Assembly (NCBI GenBank): GCA_963739045.1
Contig: CAVTYY010000011.1
Span: forward strand, 76,685-140,684
Direction: 5' to 3'
DNA from: an uncultured Bacillaceae bacterium
GTDB lineage: Bacteria > Bacillota > Bacilli > Bacillales > Halobacillaceae
Length of the DNA stretch: 64,000 nt
Numbering within the stretch: the stretch's first letter is position 1; every line of letters starts with the position of its first letter. The notes below the pieces were generated by a model that had not been told where the DNA came from, ran no database searches, and saw only the letters and a list, made by a program, of their open reading frames with translations. Shown piece after piece: positions 22,113 to 34,422 of the stretch. The position numbers and the translations under genes were made by a program.

Positions 22113-23210
22113 TTACTCATCAAACAATTCGGTTTCGTCCTCTGTATCCGGGCTGCTATCACTCAGCATCCCTTGTTCCCGAGCTTCGCTTTCACTTTTA
22201 ATATCGATTTTCCAGCCCGTCAACTTAGCAGCTAAGCGTGCATTCTGTCCTCGTTTACCAATGGCAAGCGATAGCTGATAGTCAGGAACGATAACTACTG
22301 TAGCCTTGTCATCTTCATTCACAAGTACTTCCACTACTTTGGAAGGGCTTAAAGCATTTGAAACATATTCAACGGGATCTTCTGACCATTGAACGATATC
22401 AATCTTTTCACCTTTCAGCTCGTTGACAATTGCCTGTACACGCTGACCGCGCTGGCCAACACATGAACCAACCGGATCAACTTCCGGGTCTTCAGCATGA
22501 ACAGAGATTTTGGAACGGTCTCCTGCTTCTCTTGCTACAGATTTCACTTCCACCGTCCCGTCATAAATTTCAGGAACTTCCATTTCAAAAAGCCGCTTTA
22601 AAAGACCTGGATGAGTTCTTGATACATAAATATGAGGTCCTTTATTACTGTTTTCTACTTTTGTAACAAAAACTTTAAGACGGTCATGAACTTCATAAGA
22701 CTCTGCAGGCATCTGCTCGCCTTCAGGTAGCCTAGCTTCAATTTTCCCCAGATTCACATAAACGAATCGTGAGTCTTTGCGCTGAATAATTCCTGTCATA
22801 ACATCTTCTTCACGGTCGACATACTCTCCGTAAATAATGCCTCTTTCTGCTTCACGTACTCTTTGAGTTACCACTTGTTTAGCTGCTTGAGCAGCAATTC
22901 TTCCAAAGTCCATTGGAGTAACTTCAAGCTCAATAACATCTTCAAGTCCATAATTAGGATTTACTTCTTTGGCTTCTTCAATTGAAATTTCCTGTTGAGG
23001 GTCCATGACTTCATCAACAATCGTTTTTCTGGCAAAGACCTTCATATTTCCTTCTTCTTCATTAATATCTACACGTACGTTTGTTGCAGAATTAAAGTTC
23101 TTTTTATAAGCAGAAATTAATGCAGCTTCAAGCGCTTCTAACAACAAGTTTTTGTCGATGCCTTTTTCCTTTTCCAGGTAATTCATGGCATCAAATAATT
23201 CGCTACTCAA
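22113..23210 (-). CDS. nusA: Transcription termination/antitermination factor NusA
   Basis: 365 aa with N-terminal, S1 and two KH domains. TTG start after AAGGGGGAG. Confidence 0.97.
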   Translation of the reverse strand: MSSELFDAMNYLEKEKGIDKNLLLEALEAALISAYKKNFNSATNVRVDINEEEGNMKVFARKTIVDEVMDPQQEISIEEAKEVNPNYGLEDVIELEVTPMDFGRIAAQAAKQVVTQRVREAERGIIYGEYVDREEDVMTGIIQRKDSRFVYVNLGKIEARLPEGEQMPAESYEVHDRLKVFVTKVENSNKGPHIYVSRTHPGLLKRLFEMEVPEIYDGTVEVKSVAREAGDRSKISVHAEDPEVDPVGSCVGQRGQRVQAIVNELKGEKIDIVQWSEDPVEYVSNALSPSKVVEVLVNEDDKATVVIVPDYQLSLAIGKRGQNARLAAKLTGWKIDIKSESEAREQGMLSDSSPDTEDETELFDE

Positions 23211-23224
23211 CGGTTTTCTCCCCC

Positions 23225-23698
23225 TTAGTTAAACGTGACTGCTAAATTTGCCTTAGCAATTTTATTAAAAGGTACTTTTAATTTTTTCTTCCTGGCTTTT
23301 ATTTTAATTTCAATTTCCGCTTCTTCATTTTCAAAGGAAAGCAAAGTGCCCTCAAATTCCTTTTCACCTTCCATCGGTTCGTATAGCTTCATATAAATAT
23401 GTTCTCCAACATATTTGGCGAAATCGGATTGTGATTTCAATGGACGTTCTGCCCCGGGTGAAGACACCTCTAAAAAGTAAGGAAATTCGATTGGATCCGT
23501 TTCGTCTAATTTTTCGCTCAGCTGTTCAGAAACTTGACCGCATTCCTCAATGTCCACTCCGCCTTCTTTGTCAATAAACACTCGAAGGAACCAGTCTTTT
23601 CCCTCTTTCTTAAACTCTATATCGACCAGCTGTAAATTCATCTGCTTTACGATGGGCAGAACCAATTCTTCAGTTACTGCAGTTACATTATTGCTCAA
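23225..23698 (-). CDS. rimP: Ribosome maturation factor RimP
   Basis: 157 aa. Located upstream of nusA. TTG start 7 nt after AAAGGAGGG. Confidence 0.93.
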   Translation of the reverse strand: MSNNVTAVTEELVLPIVKQMNLQLVDIEFKKEGKDWFLRVFIDKEGGVDIEECGQVSEQLSEKLDETDPIEFPYFLEVSSPGAERPLKSQSDFAKYVGEHIYMKLYEPMEGEKEFEGTLLSFENEEAEIEIKIKARKKKLKVPFNKIAKANLAVTFN

Positions 23699-23971
23699 AC
23701 CAAATCCCTCCTTTATGTAGCGATGCCCTGTGTTTGATCTCGAATTTTAGTGTTATGTGCTGAACGCGGAATTTCTAAATAGTCAGGCAGAGACAAAAAA
23801 GGTCTATCCCGACGAGAAACCGCTATGAAAGAAATCATAGCGGCGCAGTCTTCGGAGGCATCTCTGTCTCCTCGTAAATCCACGTTCTAGTCAAAAGCGA
23901 GCGTAAATATGACGAAAGAGTGGGTTGCCCCACTCTTTCGCTTGTTCCTATCGCTCTTCTCACCATAAAAA
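23699..23971 (-). promoter_or_regulatory. Structured 5' leader (about 270 nt) of the rimP-nusA-infB operon with two stem-loops, putative attenuators
   Basis: Hairpin 1 (23913-23940): 12-bp stem cgaaagagtggg / cccactctttcg with minus-strand loop GCAA and an interrupted U tail. Hairpin 2 (23820-23842): 9-bp stem ccgctatga / tcatagcgg with tail TTTCTCG. It occupies the position of the rimP leader motif described in Bacilli. Confidence 0.5.
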
Positions 23972-24000
23972 AATATACCATACATACGTAATATTTGCAA
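23972..24000 (-). promoter_or_regulatory. Candidate sigma-A promoter of the rimP-nusA-infB operon
   Basis: Minus strand reads TTGCAA (24000-23995), a 17-nt spacer ending in TGg, then TATATT (23977-23972). It lies just 3' of the polC stop. Confidence 0.5.
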
Positions 24001-24006
24001 CAAACC

Positions 24007-27000
24007 CTAGAAAAGCGACAGCTGGTTCTCTTCAGGCATTCCGGATAAGCAGCCCTGCTGATCTAAATATTCAAGAACAGTTTTAGAGATACGGCTTCGT
24101 TCCCTAAGGTCCTGCTTAGAAAGAAATTCCCCTTCTTTTCTTGCATTTACAATGTTTAAGGCAGCATTGGTTCCCAGACCGTCTACTGCATTAAATGGCG
24201 GGATGAGCTGATTACCTTCGACGAGAAAATCTGTCGCACTTGATTCATAAAGATCGACACTTTTGAAGCTATATCCTCGCTCGCACATTTCCATAGAGAG
24301 CTCAAGTACTGTCATCAGGTTTTTCTCTTTCGGTGTAGCATCCAATCCTTTTGACTGAATTTCTTCGATCCTCTTCCGGATCGCATCAGATCCCTTGATC
24401 ATAGTTTCCAGTTCAAAGTCACTCGCACGAACCGTAAAGTAAGCAGCATAGAAAAAGATGGGGTAATGAACTTTAAAATAAGCAATCCTTACCGCCATTA
24501 ACACATAAGCGGCAGCGTGTGCCTTTGGAAACATATATTTAATCTTCTTACAAGAATCAATATACCAATCAGGCACCCCGTGCTTTTTCATCTCTTCAAT
24601 CCATTCATCTTCAAGACCTCTGCCTTTACGAACAAATTCCATGATTTTAAAAGCAAGGGAAGGCTCAAGGCCTTTATGCATCAAATAGACCATAATATCA
24701 TCACGGCAGCCGATAACTTCTGGTAGTGTGCAGATCCCATCATTGATGAGCTGTTCCGCATTCCCGAGCCAAACATCCGTACCATGTGAAAGCCCTGAAA
24801 TGATCACTAGTTCAGCAAACGTTTTCGGTTTCGTGTCTTCGAGCATCTGCCTAACAAACCGAGTTCCAAATTCAGGTACACCAAGCGTTCCTGTTTTACA
24901 CATAATTTGATCGGCCGTAACGCCAAGCGCTTCTGGTCCGCTGAAGATCTTCATTACTTCCGGATCGTCTACAGGAATCTCCTTCTGATCAATCCCGCTT
25001 AAATCCTGAAGCATACGAATGACCGTTGGATCATCGTGCCCCAGAATATCCAGTTTCAGCAGATTGTCATGAATGGAGTGGAAATCGAAATGAGTGGTTC
25101 TCCATTCAGATTTGGTATCATCTGCAGGAAACTGAATCGGAGAGAAATCATAGATCTCCATATCGTCAGGTACGACGATAATTCCGCCTGGGTGCTGCCC
25201 GGTTGTCCTTTTCACCCCGGTACACCCTTGCACAAGACGGTCAATTTCAGCGTTTTTATATTGCAGCTGATGATCTCCCGCATAGCCTTTGACATATCCG
25301 TAAGCTGTTTTCTCAGCAATTGTTCCTATCGTTCCTGCCCGGTACACATTGTCTTCTCCGAATAATAACTTGGTGTAATTATGCGCGTTAGGCTGATATT
25401 CTCCTGAGAAGTTCAAGTCAATATCGGGAACTTTGTCTCCTTTAAAGCCGAGGAACGTTTCAAAGGGGATATCCTGGCCGTCCTTTTTAAAATTTGTGCC
25501 GCATTTAGGACAGTCTTTTTCAGGCAGATCAAACCCGCTCCCTATTGAGCCGTCAGTGAAAAATTCATGGTACTGACAATTCGCGCAGACATAATGCGGA
25601 GGTAATGGATTAACCTCTGTAATATCTGTCATAGTGGCGACGAAAGACGAACCCACGGACCCGCGGGATCCTACCAGATAGCCGTCTTCTAAAGATTTCG
25701 TTACAAGCTTCTGTGAAATTAAGTAAATAACAGCGAAGCCGTGACCGATAATACTTTCCAGTTCTTTCTCTAACCTTTTTTCAACCAGCTCCGGGATCGG
25801 TTCTCCATATATACTTTTCGCTTTATTATAGGACATTTCCCGTATTTCCTTATCTGCCCCTTCAATGTTTGGGGTGAACAAGTCTTCCTTAACCGGGGTA
25901 ACTTCTCCGATTTCACTGGCAATTTTCTGCGTGTTTGCGGCAACGATTTCACTTGCTTTCTCTGTCCCAAGGAAAGAGAATTCCTCGATCATTTCATTCG
26001 TCGTTTTAAAATGCACATCAGGAAGCGTCTGTCTGTTCAAAGGGTTGCCATTCTGGGAAGAAATTAAGATTTGACGATACATTTTATCATGAGGATCAAG
26101 ATAGTGAGTATTCCCTGTAGCCACTACAGTTTTACCGAGTCTTTCGCCCATAGCTACCAGTTTCTTTAAAATATCATAGATCTGGGCTTCGTTCTGCACT
26201 AGATCTTTTTCTAACAAGTGATAATAATTACCTGGAGGCTGAACCTCAATATAGTCGTAAAATTCAGCAGCTTTCTCTGCCTCTTCTTCTGACTTCTGCA
26301 TCATCGTTTCGAATACTTCTCCCTTATCACAGCCTGAACCGATGAGAAGACCCTCACGCAGCTTAGCTAATCGCGAGCGGGGAATTCTCGGAACGCGGTA
26401 ATAATAATTTACATGAGCTTCTGATACCAGCTTATACATATTTTTCAGTCCTGTATTGTTTACGGCAAGCAGTGTGCAATGGGACGGCCGGGAGCGCTGA
26501 TAGGCTTTCCCTTCGCCCATGTAGTCATTTAAATTCTTGTGATTGTTGATGCCTCTTTCGATCGCTTTCTTCACAAGTTTCCATAACAGATACCCAGTGG
26601 CTTCGGCGTCATAAATCGCACGGTGATGCTGTGTAAGCTCAATATCAAAGTGCTTACAAAGGGTATTTAACCGATGATTCTTAAGCTCAGGGACCAGAAA
26701 TCTCGCTAATTCCAACGTATCAATTACTGGGTTCACTGATTTATCGTATCCGATTGCCTGCAGACCCGCATTTAAAAAACCCATGTCAAAGCTTGCATTA
26801 TGGGCAACAAGAATATCGTCTTCCATCCATGAGTGAAAATCTTTTAATACCTGGCCGATTTCAGGTGCATCTCTTACCATATCATCGGTAATCCCAGTTA
26901 ATTCAACTGTAGTCTGGGATAAAGGCTGATGAGGATTGGCAAATGATTCAAAACGATCAATAATCTCTCCATCTTTCACTTTTACCGCTGCTAATTCGAT

Positions 27001-28299
27001 AATTTTGTCATAAACAGCTGATAGCCCGGTAGTTTCCACGTCAAAAACGACGTAGACTTCACTCTCCAGACTGCGGTCTTGTTCTTGATAAGCAATCGGT
27101 ACGCCATCATCTACAAGGTTCGCTTCCATCCCGTAAATAATTTGAATTCCATGTTTCTGTCCAGCAGCATAAGCTTCCGGGTAAGCCTGTACAACGGCAT
27201 GATCGGTGATGGCAATAGCAGGGTGTCCCCAATCTGCTGCTTGCTTAATTAGTGTGGAGACAGAAAGCGGGGCATCCATTTGACTCATCATCGTATGGGC
27301 ATGGAGTTCCGCACGTTTTTCTCCTTCTTTAGCTTCATCGATTCGGACTTTAGGGCTGATTTCATTGATGTCATTTGCCATCATTGTAAGCTCACTAGTG
27401 AAATTATCTGTTTGAATACTCCCTCTTGCTTTAATCCACATTCCTTTATTGACATGCTTAAACATCTCCGCATGGTCGTCGCCGCGGGAGAACATTTTGA
27501 TAGAGAAAGAATCTGTATAATCAGTGGCTTTCAAGAGTAATAAATTCCTGCCAGACCGCAGTTCTTTAACTTCAACAGCAAACACGTATCCTTGGATCGT
27601 TTTTCTGCGTTCCTCTTCTTCAATAGCTTCCATTGGTTCAGCTTCTTCTTGAATCTTATAGCCAATTTCAAGCGGACCTTTCGGCTTCGAATTATCCCTG
27701 TCTTTCGCCCGTTCTTCCTGCTCCTTAACGGCTTGCTGAACAATAATTTTGTCTTCTTTCTGCCGCTCTTCTTGAAATTTCTTCAACTCTTCTTGTTCCT
27801 CTTTCACGCGGGTAGAAAGCATTAACATAGGCAGCCCTGCGGCCGTACAGAAGCTTTGCAATGGTGCTTCTAATTTCTTCTTTACAGCATGACTTTCCGC
27901 ATAATTTCTACAAGTTAACATAACCTTATTACCGTTAACCTCTGGATCCTGCTCCATTAATAAATCCTTGTAACTCGGTGTCAGGTTGGTCATCGTCTGG
28001 ATAAACCCGCGCCAATATTCCGTTACATCCTCAGTGGTTACTTCTTTAGCAGAAGTATGAATCGTCCATTGAACCTCTGCAATAGAATGAAAACTATCTT
28101 TTAGTTTAGCTGTAAACAGCTGGTATACGGAAGGTGGCAGCGGCTTTGGCAGGGTAAAATGAAAGTGCCACTGCTTCTTTTCTTTCAAAACGATTAGTTT
28201 ATCCATTGTACTCTCTTGAAAATGAGGTTCAATCAGATCGACAGGGAACTGAATCTGTTCCAATAGATAATGCATTTTCTCTTTGTTCGTCACATCCAA
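24007..28299 (-). CDS. polC: DNA polymerase III alpha subunit, PolC type
   Basis: PHP domain ([13 protein letters not shown]), 3'-5' exonuclease motifs ([21 protein letters not shown]), zinc module (CANCQYHEF...CPKCG) and conserved C-terminus NQLSLF. TTG start at 28299 lies 7 nt after AGAGGAGGAA and gives 1430 aa. The ORF-track extension to 28362 overlaps the proS terminator. Confidence 0.97.
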   Translation of the reverse strand: MDVTNKEKMHYLLEQIQFPVDLIEPHFQESTMDKLIVLKEKKQWHFHFTLPKPLPPSVYQLFTAKLKDSFHSIAEVQWTIHTSAKEVTTEDVTEYWRGFIQTMTNLTPSYKDLLMEQDPEVNGNKVMLTCRNYAESHAVKKKLEAPLQSFCTAAGLPMLMLSTRVKEEQEELKKFQEERQKEDKIIVQQAVKEQEERAKDRDNSKPKGPLEIGYKIQEEAEPMEAIEEEERRKTIQGYVFAVEVKELRSGRNLLLLKATDYTDSFSIKMFSRGDDHAEMFKHVNKGMWIKARGSIQTDNFTSELTMMANDINEISPKVRIDEAKEGEKRAELHAHTMMSQMDAPLSVSTLIKQAADWGHPAIAITDHAVVQAYPEAYAAGQKHGIQIIYGMEANLVDDGVPIAYQEQDRSLESEVYVVFDVETTGLSAVYDKIIELAAVKVKDGEIIDRFESFANPHQPLSQTTVELTGITDDMVRDAPEIGQVLKDFHSWMEDDILVAHNASFDMGFLNAGLQAIGYDKSVNPVIDTLELARFLVPELKNHRLNTLCKHFDIELTQHHRAIYDAEATGYLLWKLVKKAIERGINNHKNLNDYMGEGKAYQRSRPSHCTLLAVNNTGLKNMYKLVSEAHVNYYYRVPRIPRSRLAKLREGLLIGSGCDKGEVFETMMQKSEEEAEKAAEFYDYIEVQPPGNYYHLLEKDLVQNEAQIYDILKKLVAMGERLGKTVVATGNTHYLDPHDKMYRQILISSQNGNPLNRQTLPDVHFKTTNEMIEEFSFLGTEKASEIVAANTQKIASEIGEVTPVKEDLFTPNIEGADKEIREMSYNKAKSIYGEPIPELVEKRLEKELESIIGHGFAVIYLISQKLVTKSLEDGYLVGSRGSVGSSFVATMTDITEVNPLPPHYVCANCQYHEFFTDGSIGSGFDLPEKDCPKCGTNFKKDGQDIPFETFLGFKGDKVPDIDLNFSGEYQPNAHNYTKLLFGEDNVYRAGTIGTIAEKTAYGYVKGYAGDHQLQYKNAEIDRLVQGCTGVKRTTGQHPGGIIVVPDDMEIYDFSPIQFPADDTKSEWRTTHFDFHSIHDNLLKLDILGHDDPTVIRMLQDLSGIDQKEIPVDDPEVMKIFSGPEALGVTADQIMCKTGTLGVPEFGTRFVRQMLEDTKPKTFAELVIISGLSHGTDVWLGNAEQLINDGICTLPEVIGCRDDIMVYLMHKGLEPSLAFKIMEFVRKGRGLEDEWIEEMKKHGVPDWYIDSCKKIKYMFPKAHAAAYVLMAVRIAYFKVHYPIFFYAAYFTVRASDFELETMIKGSDAIRKRIEEIQSKGLDATPKEKNLMTVLELSMEMCERGYSFKSVDLYESSATDFLVEGNQLIPPFNAVDGLGTNAALNIVNARKEGEFLSKQDLRERSRISKTVLEYLDQQGCLSGMPEENQLSLF

Positions 28300-28330
28300 T
28301 TTCGTTCCTCCTCTATCCCCACTCGGGCTA

Positions 28331-28368
28331 AAACACGAAAGATACCCTTGCAATTGACGCAAGGGTAT
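28331..28368 (-). terminator. Stem-loop terminator after proS
   Basis: 10-bp stem atacccttgc / gcaagggtat (28342-28351 / 28359-28368). The minus-strand tail is CTTTCGTGTTT. Confidence 0.6.
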
Positions 28369-28385
28369 TTGTATTAAATTCCATC

Positions 28386-30089
28386 TCAGCGGCTGTACAT
28401 TTCTTCTACATAGTCGATGACTTTAGAGGCTTCCAGCTCACTCTTGTCCTCACTCATTCGTTCCTTCATTTCAACGATACTTTCTGAAGCACGCTTTCCA
28501 ACCGTAATTCTTAAAGGAATTCCTATGAGATCACTATCTGCAAATTTCACACCCGCGCGCTCTTTTCGATCATCATATAATACTTCAATACCGGCATCCA
28601 GCAATTGATCATACAGCTGATCTGCCAGTTCCCGCTGCTCATCCTTCTTAGGATTTAAAGATAATAAATGTACCTGATAAGGTGCCATATTAGCAGGCCA
28701 AGTAATTCCACGTTCATCATGGTACTGTTCGACTAATGCAGCTAGAGTTCTTGATACTCCGATTCCATAACTGCCCATTACCATGGTTTGATTTTTCCCT
28801 TGATCATCAAGGAACATAGCATTCATGTTCTCCGCGTAGAATGTACCGAGTTTAAATACATGACCTACTTCAATTCCACGAGCGAACTGAATGTACCCTT
28901 CCCCGTCTGGAGATGGATCCCCTTCCTTAATAAAACGAAGATCAGCGTATTGAGATACCTGAAAGTCTTTCCCTGGTGTTACATTAAGATAATGACTGCC
29001 TTCTTCATTTGCACCACAGGAGACGTTAACCAACGATTCAACTGCGAGGTCCGCCACCACTTCGACTTCCTCAGGAACGTTTACGGGACCTAGTGAACCA
29101 AAGCCGGTCCCCATTACGGCTTCCGTGTCTTCAGCAGAAGCAAGTTCTACCATACTGGCAGAATATAAATTCTTAAGCTTCACATCGTTAACTTCGTGAT
29201 CTCCTCTGGTAACAGCCATGACTAATTTATCATCCACCTTAAACATAATGGACTTTAATCCTTTTTCAAGTTCATGACCTAGAAAATCAGCCACTTCTTT
29301 CATGGTTTTCTGATTAGGAGTAGCAGTTTTCTTCATCTCTTTCGGTTCTTCTACAGAAGCTGGATAGGTGGTAATTACAGGTGCCATTTCGACGTTTGCC
29401 GCATACCTCGAAGTATCAGAATAGGCAATCACATCTTCCCCCACTTCTGAGAGGACCATGAATTCATGAGTATCTTTACCGCCCATTGCCCCCGAATCTG
29501 CAATAACAGCACGAAAGTTCAGTCCCAGCCGCTTGAATATACGGGAATAGGCATCAAACATTTTCTGATAAGTTAGATCTAAGCTTTCATAAGAAGCATG
29601 AAAGGAGTAGGCATCCTTCATTAAAAATTCTCGGCCGCGCAATAATCCAAAACGTGGACGCGCTTCATCACGAAACTTATTTTGAATTTGAAATACCGTC
29701 AGCGGCAGACGCTTATAACTTTTAACCTCATCACGAACTATACTTGTTATGACTTCCTCATGGGTAGCACCAAGGGCGAACTCTCGATCACTTCTGTCAT
29801 GGATTCTCATGAGCTCAGAACCAAAGGTATTCCAGCGTCCCGATTCTTTCCATAGCTCTGAAGGCTGCAAGGCCGGCATCATCATTTCATGAGCACCGAT
29901 TTTCTCCATTTCTTCACGAACAACGTTTTCCACTTTTCGTAAAATTCGTCGGCCGACTGGCAGAAAACTATAAACCCCAGAGGCAATTTGACGTATGTAT
30001 CCGGCACGAACGAGGAGCTGATGACTTTTAATCTCTGCATCGGCTGGATTTTCTTTAAGGGTTGGAATTAACATTTCACTTTGCTTCAT
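28386..30089 (-). CDS. proS: Proline--tRNA ligase
   Basis: Class II motifs ([25 protein letters not shown]) and an editing-domain insertion. ATG at 30089 ([11 protein letters not shown]) lies 7 nt after GAGGTG. Confidence 0.96.
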   Translation of the reverse strand: MKQSEMLIPTLKENPADAEIKSHQLLVRAGYIRQIASGVYSFLPVGRRILRKVENVVREEMEKIGAHEMMMPALQPSELWKESGRWNTFGSELMRIHDRSDREFALGATHEEVITSIVRDEVKSYKRLPLTVFQIQNKFRDEARPRFGLLRGREFLMKDAYSFHASYESLDLTYQKMFDAYSRIFKRLGLNFRAVIADSGAMGGKDTHEFMVLSEVGEDVIAYSDTSRYAANVEMAPVITTYPASVEEPKEMKKTATPNQKTMKEVADFLGHELEKGLKSIMFKVDDKLVMAVTRGDHEVNDVKLKNLYSASMVELASAEDTEAVMGTGFGSLGPVNVPEEVEVVADLAVESLVNVSCGANEEGSHYLNVTPGKDFQVSQYADLRFIKEGDPSPDGEGYIQFARGIEVGHVFKLGTFYAENMNAMFLDDQGKNQTMVMGSYGIGVSRTLAALVEQYHDERGITWPANMAPYQVHLLSLNPKKDEQRELADQLYDQLLDAGIEVLYDDRKERAGVKFADSDLIGIPLRITVGKRASESIVEMKERMSEDKSELEASKVIDYVEEMYSR

Positions 30090-30111
30090 GATTAAGCACC
30101 TCAATTCTGTA

Positions 30112-30167
30112 TTTTAAAAAATAAATAAGCCGGAAGCCAAACGAGAGCTGTTGTCTCCCTGGCTTCC
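30112..30167 (-). terminator. Stem-loop plus T-run between rseP and proS
   Basis: Stem ggaagcca / tggcttcc (30132-30139 / 30160-30167) with an inner gaga/tctc stem. The minus-strand tail is GGCTTATTTATTTTTT. Confidence 0.55.
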
Positions 30168-30177
30168 AGCTCTTTGA

Positions 30178-31434
30178 TTATAAGAATAATCGTTGTATAT
30201 CATTCCATGTTACCACGAGCATTAACAACATTAACAGGGCAAACCCAATAAAGTGTACGATACCCTCTTTCTGTGGATCCACAGGCTTTCCTCTTATTCC
30301 TTCAACACCGACAAATAGCAGCCTGCCGCCGTCTAAAGCTGGCAGAGGAAGAAGATTTACTATCCCTAAATTAATACTTAAGATGGCCGTCCACATCATA
30401 AAGTTCGTGAACCCAGTTTGTACCACTTTATCCGTAGCATCATAAATACCAACCGGTCCAGAAAGCATATCCAGAGAGAATTGACCTGTAACTAGCTTTC
30501 CTAAGTTTGTCAGGATCATTTTGCCCCAATCATAGGTCTGTGTGAACCCAAAGGTCATCTTTTTGAAAAAAGAATCATCAAAGGCACGTGCTACTCCTAC
30601 CTGGCCGAATTTCTGCCCCTGATCAGTTATAGACGCCGGCGTTACATCAATTTCCTGTGTCTGACCATCCCTTTCTACAGTGAGCGCCATTTGCTCATCA
30701 GGGTGATCGCGGACAATGGTAGTAAATTCTTCCCAGGAATTCACAGACTGGTTATCAATGGCAACGACCTTATCCCCCGCATGAAGGCCAGCTTGTTCAG
30801 CTGGTGTATTTTTTTGAATCTCTCCAAGCACCGCTTGATCAGCAGGTACTCCTTGGATAAAACCTAAAATCGTAAATAATACTATAGCCAGTACAAAATT
30901 CATCAGCGGACCGGCAAAAAGCTGCATCGCCCGCTGAGGAACACTTTTAGATGCAAACTGGCGGTCATAAGGTGCAATTTGCGTTTCCTTCTCATCCATA
31001 ACAAACAAAGCTTTTGGATCTACATCAAAATAGAGCTTCTCATTCTCATCAACTTCATATCCCTCAATAACTAATTGATGATCCAGATCTGCCCGCTCTA
31101 CTTCTATCACACGAGCTTGAGGATGTTTAGACTTATTGTTCACAATAATCCGGCTGACTTTCCCTTCACGATTGAATTCCAAACCAATATGATGACCTGG
31201 CTTTAACTCAATTATTTCAGGATCCTCTCCAGCTACACGAACATATCCACCAATCGGCAGTAAGCGAATGGTATATAATGTTTCATTTCTCGTGAATGCA
31301 AAGATCTTCGGTCCAAAACCGATGGCAAATTCACGAGCAAGCATACCTGCTCGCTTGGCAAATATGAGATGCCCCCACTCATGTACAAATACTAACAATC
31401 CGAACATGAGTATAAATGCAATCACTGTAGTCAA
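30178..31434 (-). CDS. rseP: Site-2 zinc metalloprotease RseP/RasP
   Basis: HEWGH zinc motif, PDZ domain and [11 protein letters not shown] motif. TTG at 31434 has good SD spacing (AAGGAAGG plus 8 nt). GTG at 31443 is the alternative start. Confidence 0.93.
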   Translation of the reverse strand: MTTVIAFILMFGLLVFVHEWGHLIFAKRAGMLAREFAIGFGPKIFAFTRNETLYTIRLLPIGGYVRVAGEDPEIIELKPGHHIGLEFNREGKVSRIIVNNKSKHPQARVIEVERADLDHQLVIEGYEVDENEKLYFDVDPKALFVMDEKETQIAPYDRQFASKSVPQRAMQLFAGPLMNFVLAIVLFTILGFIQGVPADQAVLGEIQKNTPAEQAGLHAGDKVVAIDNQSVNSWEEFTTIVRDHPDEQMALTVERDGQTQEIDVTPASITDQGQKFGQVGVARAFDDSFFKKMTFGFTQTYDWGKMILTNLGKLVTGQFSLDMLSGPVGIYDATDKVVQTGFTNFMMWTAILSINLGIVNLLPLPALDGGRLLFVGVEGIRGKPVDPQKEGIVHFIGFALLMLLMLVVTWNDIQRLFL

Positions 31435-31450
31435 ATGAAGCACCTTCCTT

Positions 31451-32596
31451 TTAATTTAAATGGAAACGAACTTGCTTTCTTGTTTCCTCATCAATAGACA
31501 GTATGGCAGACAAGTCAGGGTTATGAATCCGCGAGTGTTTTTCAAGAGCATTTTCAATCAATTGTTCAATCTCCAAGAAGGAAATTTTACCCTCTAAAAA
31601 CAATTGTACGGCTTCTTCATTAGCCGCGTTTAAAACGGTGGTCATTGACCCCCCCTGGCGTCCTGCTTCATATGCCATTCGTAAACAAGGGAAACGTTCC
31701 ATATCCATTTTCTCAAAATGCAGAGTCGCAATTTCTTCCAGGTTCAGTTGTTTCGTCATCGGCAGTTCCATTCTTTTTGGGTAAGTTAAAGCGTACTGGA
31801 TAGGTACTTTCATATCCGGAGTTCCCAATTGGGCAAGAACACTTCGATCTACGTACTCCACCATGGAATGAATGACACTTTCTCTATGAAGAATAACATG
31901 AATTTGGTCGTAAGGCACATTAAAAAGCCAATGGGCTTCAATTACCTCTAATCCTTTATTCATCATAGAAGCAGAATCAATCGTAATTTTGGCTCCCATA
32001 CTCCAGTTTGGGTGATTTAGAGCATCTTCAACCGTTACACCTTCAAGTTCTTCTCTTTTTTTATCACGAAAGCTGCCGCCTGATGCTGTAATAATCAATT
32101 TATGGATATCTTTTTTATCTTCTCCATTTAGCGATTGGTAAATGGCAGAATGTTCGCTGTCCACAGGTAAGAGTTCTACCTGATGTCTGCGCGCTTCTTC
32201 CATTACCAGGTGGCCAGCCGTGACGAGAGTTTCTTTATTAGCGATTGCAATTATTTTTCTTGCTTCAATCGCTTTTAAAGTAGCGGGCAGGCCAATGCTC
32301 CCCATTACTGCATTGACGACCACATCAACAGGATCAGCAACACTTGCTTCAATCAGCCCTCCGCTTCCACATAAGATAGGTATCTGATCGATATGTCTGC
32401 TCAGTTTCTGTTTCGTACTTTCATCCTGTACGACAACTAATTCAGGTTTGAATTCTTGGATAAAAGGTACAGCCCTATCAATATTCCTTCCAAAAGCCAT
32501 GGCGTATAACTCAAACTCTTCTGGATGTGCTCTAATGACGTCGAGCGTCTGGATGCCAATGGAACCTGTGGCCCCGAGCAGTGATATTTTTTTCAT
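31451..32596 (-). CDS. dxr: 1-deoxy-D-xylulose-5-phosphate reductoisomerase
   Basis: [22 protein letters not shown]-terminus. ATG at 32596 lies 7 nt after GGAAGGAGA. Confidence 0.96.
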   Translation of the reverse strand: MKKISLLGATGSIGIQTLDVIRAHPEEFELYAMAFGRNIDRAVPFIQEFKPELVVVQDESTKQKLSRHIDQIPILCGSGGLIEASVADPVDVVVNAVMGSIGLPATLKAIEARKIIAIANKETLVTAGHLVMEEARRHQVELLPVDSEHSAIYQSLNGEDKKDIHKLIITASGGSFRDKKREELEGVTVEDALNHPNWSMGAKITIDSASMMNKGLEVIEAHWLFNVPYDQIHVILHRESVIHSMVEYVDRSVLAQLGTPDMKVPIQYALTYPKRMELPMTKQLNLEEIATLHFEKMDMERFPCLRMAYEAGRQGGSMTTVLNAANEEAVQLFLEGKISFLEIEQLIENALEKHSRIHNPDLSAILSIDEETRKQVRFHLN

Positions 32597-32626
32597 TATT
32601 TTTCTCCTTCCCACCAGGCAATGAAT

Positions 32627-33430
32627 TTAATTAATTGCAGGAATGAAATTAATTAAGTGCAGGATCGGCAGAATAAAAATTAAACTGTCAAACCGGTCCA
32701 GAACCCCGCCGTGTCCCGGAAGAATTTTCCCGGAGTCTTTAACAGCATAGTGACGCTTAAAAGCAGACTCCACGAGATCGCCAATCTGGCCAGCAATCGA
32801 GATAAGAATCGTAACAAGAATAACAATCACCATAGAATGATTGAGAGGCTGAATCACTTGAAAGACTACGGCGACTAGACATGCCAGAATTACTCCGCCA
32901 AGTGCGCCTTCCACTGTTTTCTTTGGGCTGATCTGGGGCCATAATTTGTGCCTGCCGAAAGCTCTCCCGAACAAGTAAGCTCCGGTATCCGTTGCCCATA
33001 CTATAAATAATGCATAAAAGATGTATTCCAGCTGAGCATCACGGGTTTCAATTAGATAATTGAAGCCCATGCCTATATAGACGGCCGAAAGCAGCAAGAA
33101 ACCGGCATCATCGAAGGTAAATCTATTTTTCACAAGTACCGTATAACTTAAGAGCAGTAGAACCACTAATAAAGTAATTTCAGATTTCGTAATGTACTCA
33201 CCAAAATTAAAATCCTCGACTAAATTTTTCGGAAACATTAATGCCCACATCAGCAATAAAGTTAAACCGGAAGATACAGAGTACCTGGCAATCTTTTTCA
33301 TTCTCATTAATTCAAAGATGCCAATACTCGCAATAATATAAACAAAAAAGTAAAATAGTCTTCCGCCCAGCATTACGATAGGCAAAAAGATTAAACCCGC
33401 AACTATTGCGGTAATCGTCCGCTGTTTCAT
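32627..33430 (-). CDS. cdsA: Phosphatidate cytidylyltransferase
   Basis: 267-aa polytopic protein with C-terminal signature KDSGKILPGHGGVLDRFDS. Confidence 0.95.
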   Translation of the reverse strand: MKQRTITAIVAGLIFLPIVMLGGRLFYFFVYIIASIGIFELMRMKKIARYSVSSGLTLLLMWALMFPKNLVEDFNFGEYITKSEITLLVVLLLLSYTVLVKNRFTFDDAGFLLLSAVYIGMGFNYLIETRDAQLEYIFYALFIVWATDTGAYLFGRAFGRHKLWPQISPKKTVEGALGGVILACLVAVVFQVIQPLNHSMVIVILVTILISIAGQIGDLVESAFKRHYAVKDSGKILPGHGGVLDRFDSLIFILPILHLINFIPAIN

Positions 33431-33446
33431 ATTATAACCTCACACC

Positions 33447-34214
33447 TTATACTCCGCCGTAACGACGTTTGCGATTTTGATAGTCATACAACGCTTTTTC
33501 AAACAGGCTCTCGTCAAAATCCGGCCAATAAACTTCCGTGAACCAGAATTCTGCATAAGCAAGCTGCCATAGTAGAAAATTGCTTAAACGCTGCTCTCCA
33601 CTTGTTCGTATTAATAAATCAGGCTCTTTCAAATCTGATGTGTATAAATGGGAAGAAAATAGTGTTTCGTCTATGTCGGAAATTTGGACACTCCCATTTT
33701 CAACTTCTGCTGCTATTTCCTTCACTGCATTAACCATTTCAAAACGGCTGCCATAATTTAAGGCGAAATTTAAAATGAGTCCATTGTTATCCTTTGTCTT
33801 TTCAATAGCTTCCTGCACTGCCTTTTGGGTGTGATTTGGAAGAACATTGAAATCTCCAATGGTCTGGACTTGGACATTTCTTTCAATGAGTTCAGGCAGA
33901 TATGTATTTAGAAAGTCAACAGGTAATTTCATTAAGAAATCTACTTCTTTTTTTGGACGTTTCCAATTTTCGGTTGAAAAGGCATAAAGCGTTAATACAT
34001 GCACTCCTATATCTGAGGCTTGTCTAACGATCTTCTTAACGACTCCCATACCTTCTTTATGACCAGCAATTCGAGGCATTCCTCTATTTTTAGCCCATCG
34101 GCCATTTCCATCCATTATGATAGCCACATGTTTAGGAAGATGATCCTGATCAAGACCAAGAGGTTTGGTAGTTGGCTGCTTTTTATTTTTAGTAAACGGA
34201 AACTTGAGTGGCAT
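33447..34214 (-). CDS. uppS: Undecaprenyl diphosphate synthase (isoprenyl transferase)
   Basis: HVAIIMDGNGRWA and FSTENWKRP motifs. 255 aa. Confidence 0.96.
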   Translation of the reverse strand: MPLKFPFTKNKKQPTTKPLGLDQDHLPKHVAIIMDGNGRWAKNRGMPRIAGHKEGMGVVKKIVRQASDIGVHVLTLYAFSTENWKRPKKEVDFLMKLPVDFLNTYLPELIERNVQVQTIGDFNVLPNHTQKAVQEAIEKTKDNNGLILNFALNYGSRFEMVNAVKEIAAEVENGSVQISDIDETLFSSHLYTSDLKEPDLLIRTSGEQRLSNFLLWQLAYAEFWFTEVYWPDFDESLFEKALYDYQNRKRRYGGV

Positions 34215-34422
34215 TGCTAATCCTCCAGTCTGATTGTTCCATCTCTATATTATATACTATTATCGTACATCATGCCGCCGAGGACATAAAGACTTACATG
34301 AAATGTGCTGAAATAAGATGAGGAACCCAGAAAGACCTCGATTCCTTAATGCAGCATTCAGGAATGCTTTTATGCGTGGCCTCCGGATTTATGCCGAGGC
34401 GGATCCTATCATTTACTATGCC

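Noticed and set aside
28300-28362. ORF-track N-terminal extensions: polC to 28362, spoVFA to 12793, tepA to 7788, dapA to 8761, asd to 11001, truB to 18735, proS to 30104, dxr to 32614, infB to 21534, fliK to 59719, flhA to 49551, flhB to 50655.
   Set aside because: The extensions lack SD sequences. They overlap upstream genes or terminators and precede the conserved N-termini. Downstream starts with proper SD spacing were used instead.
30090-30177. Looked for a T-box leader upstream of proS.
   Set aside because: The spacer is only 88 nt and is filled by one terminator-like hairpin plus the SD sequence, which is too short for a T-box. As far as I recall proS is not T-box regulated in B. subtilis either, so nothing is unusual here.
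32757-32999. Same-strand, out-of-frame ORFs nested in known genes: 32757..32999 in cdsA, 53015..53206 over cheY/fliZ, 40633..40815 in the 101-aa gene, 36280..36501 in tsf, 2440..2625, 25770..25970, 27531..27743, 21129..21398, 20691..20936.
   Set aside because: They are nested in conserved CDS. They have no SD sequences and arginine/serine-rich or otherwise odd composition, so I treat them as frame artefacts.
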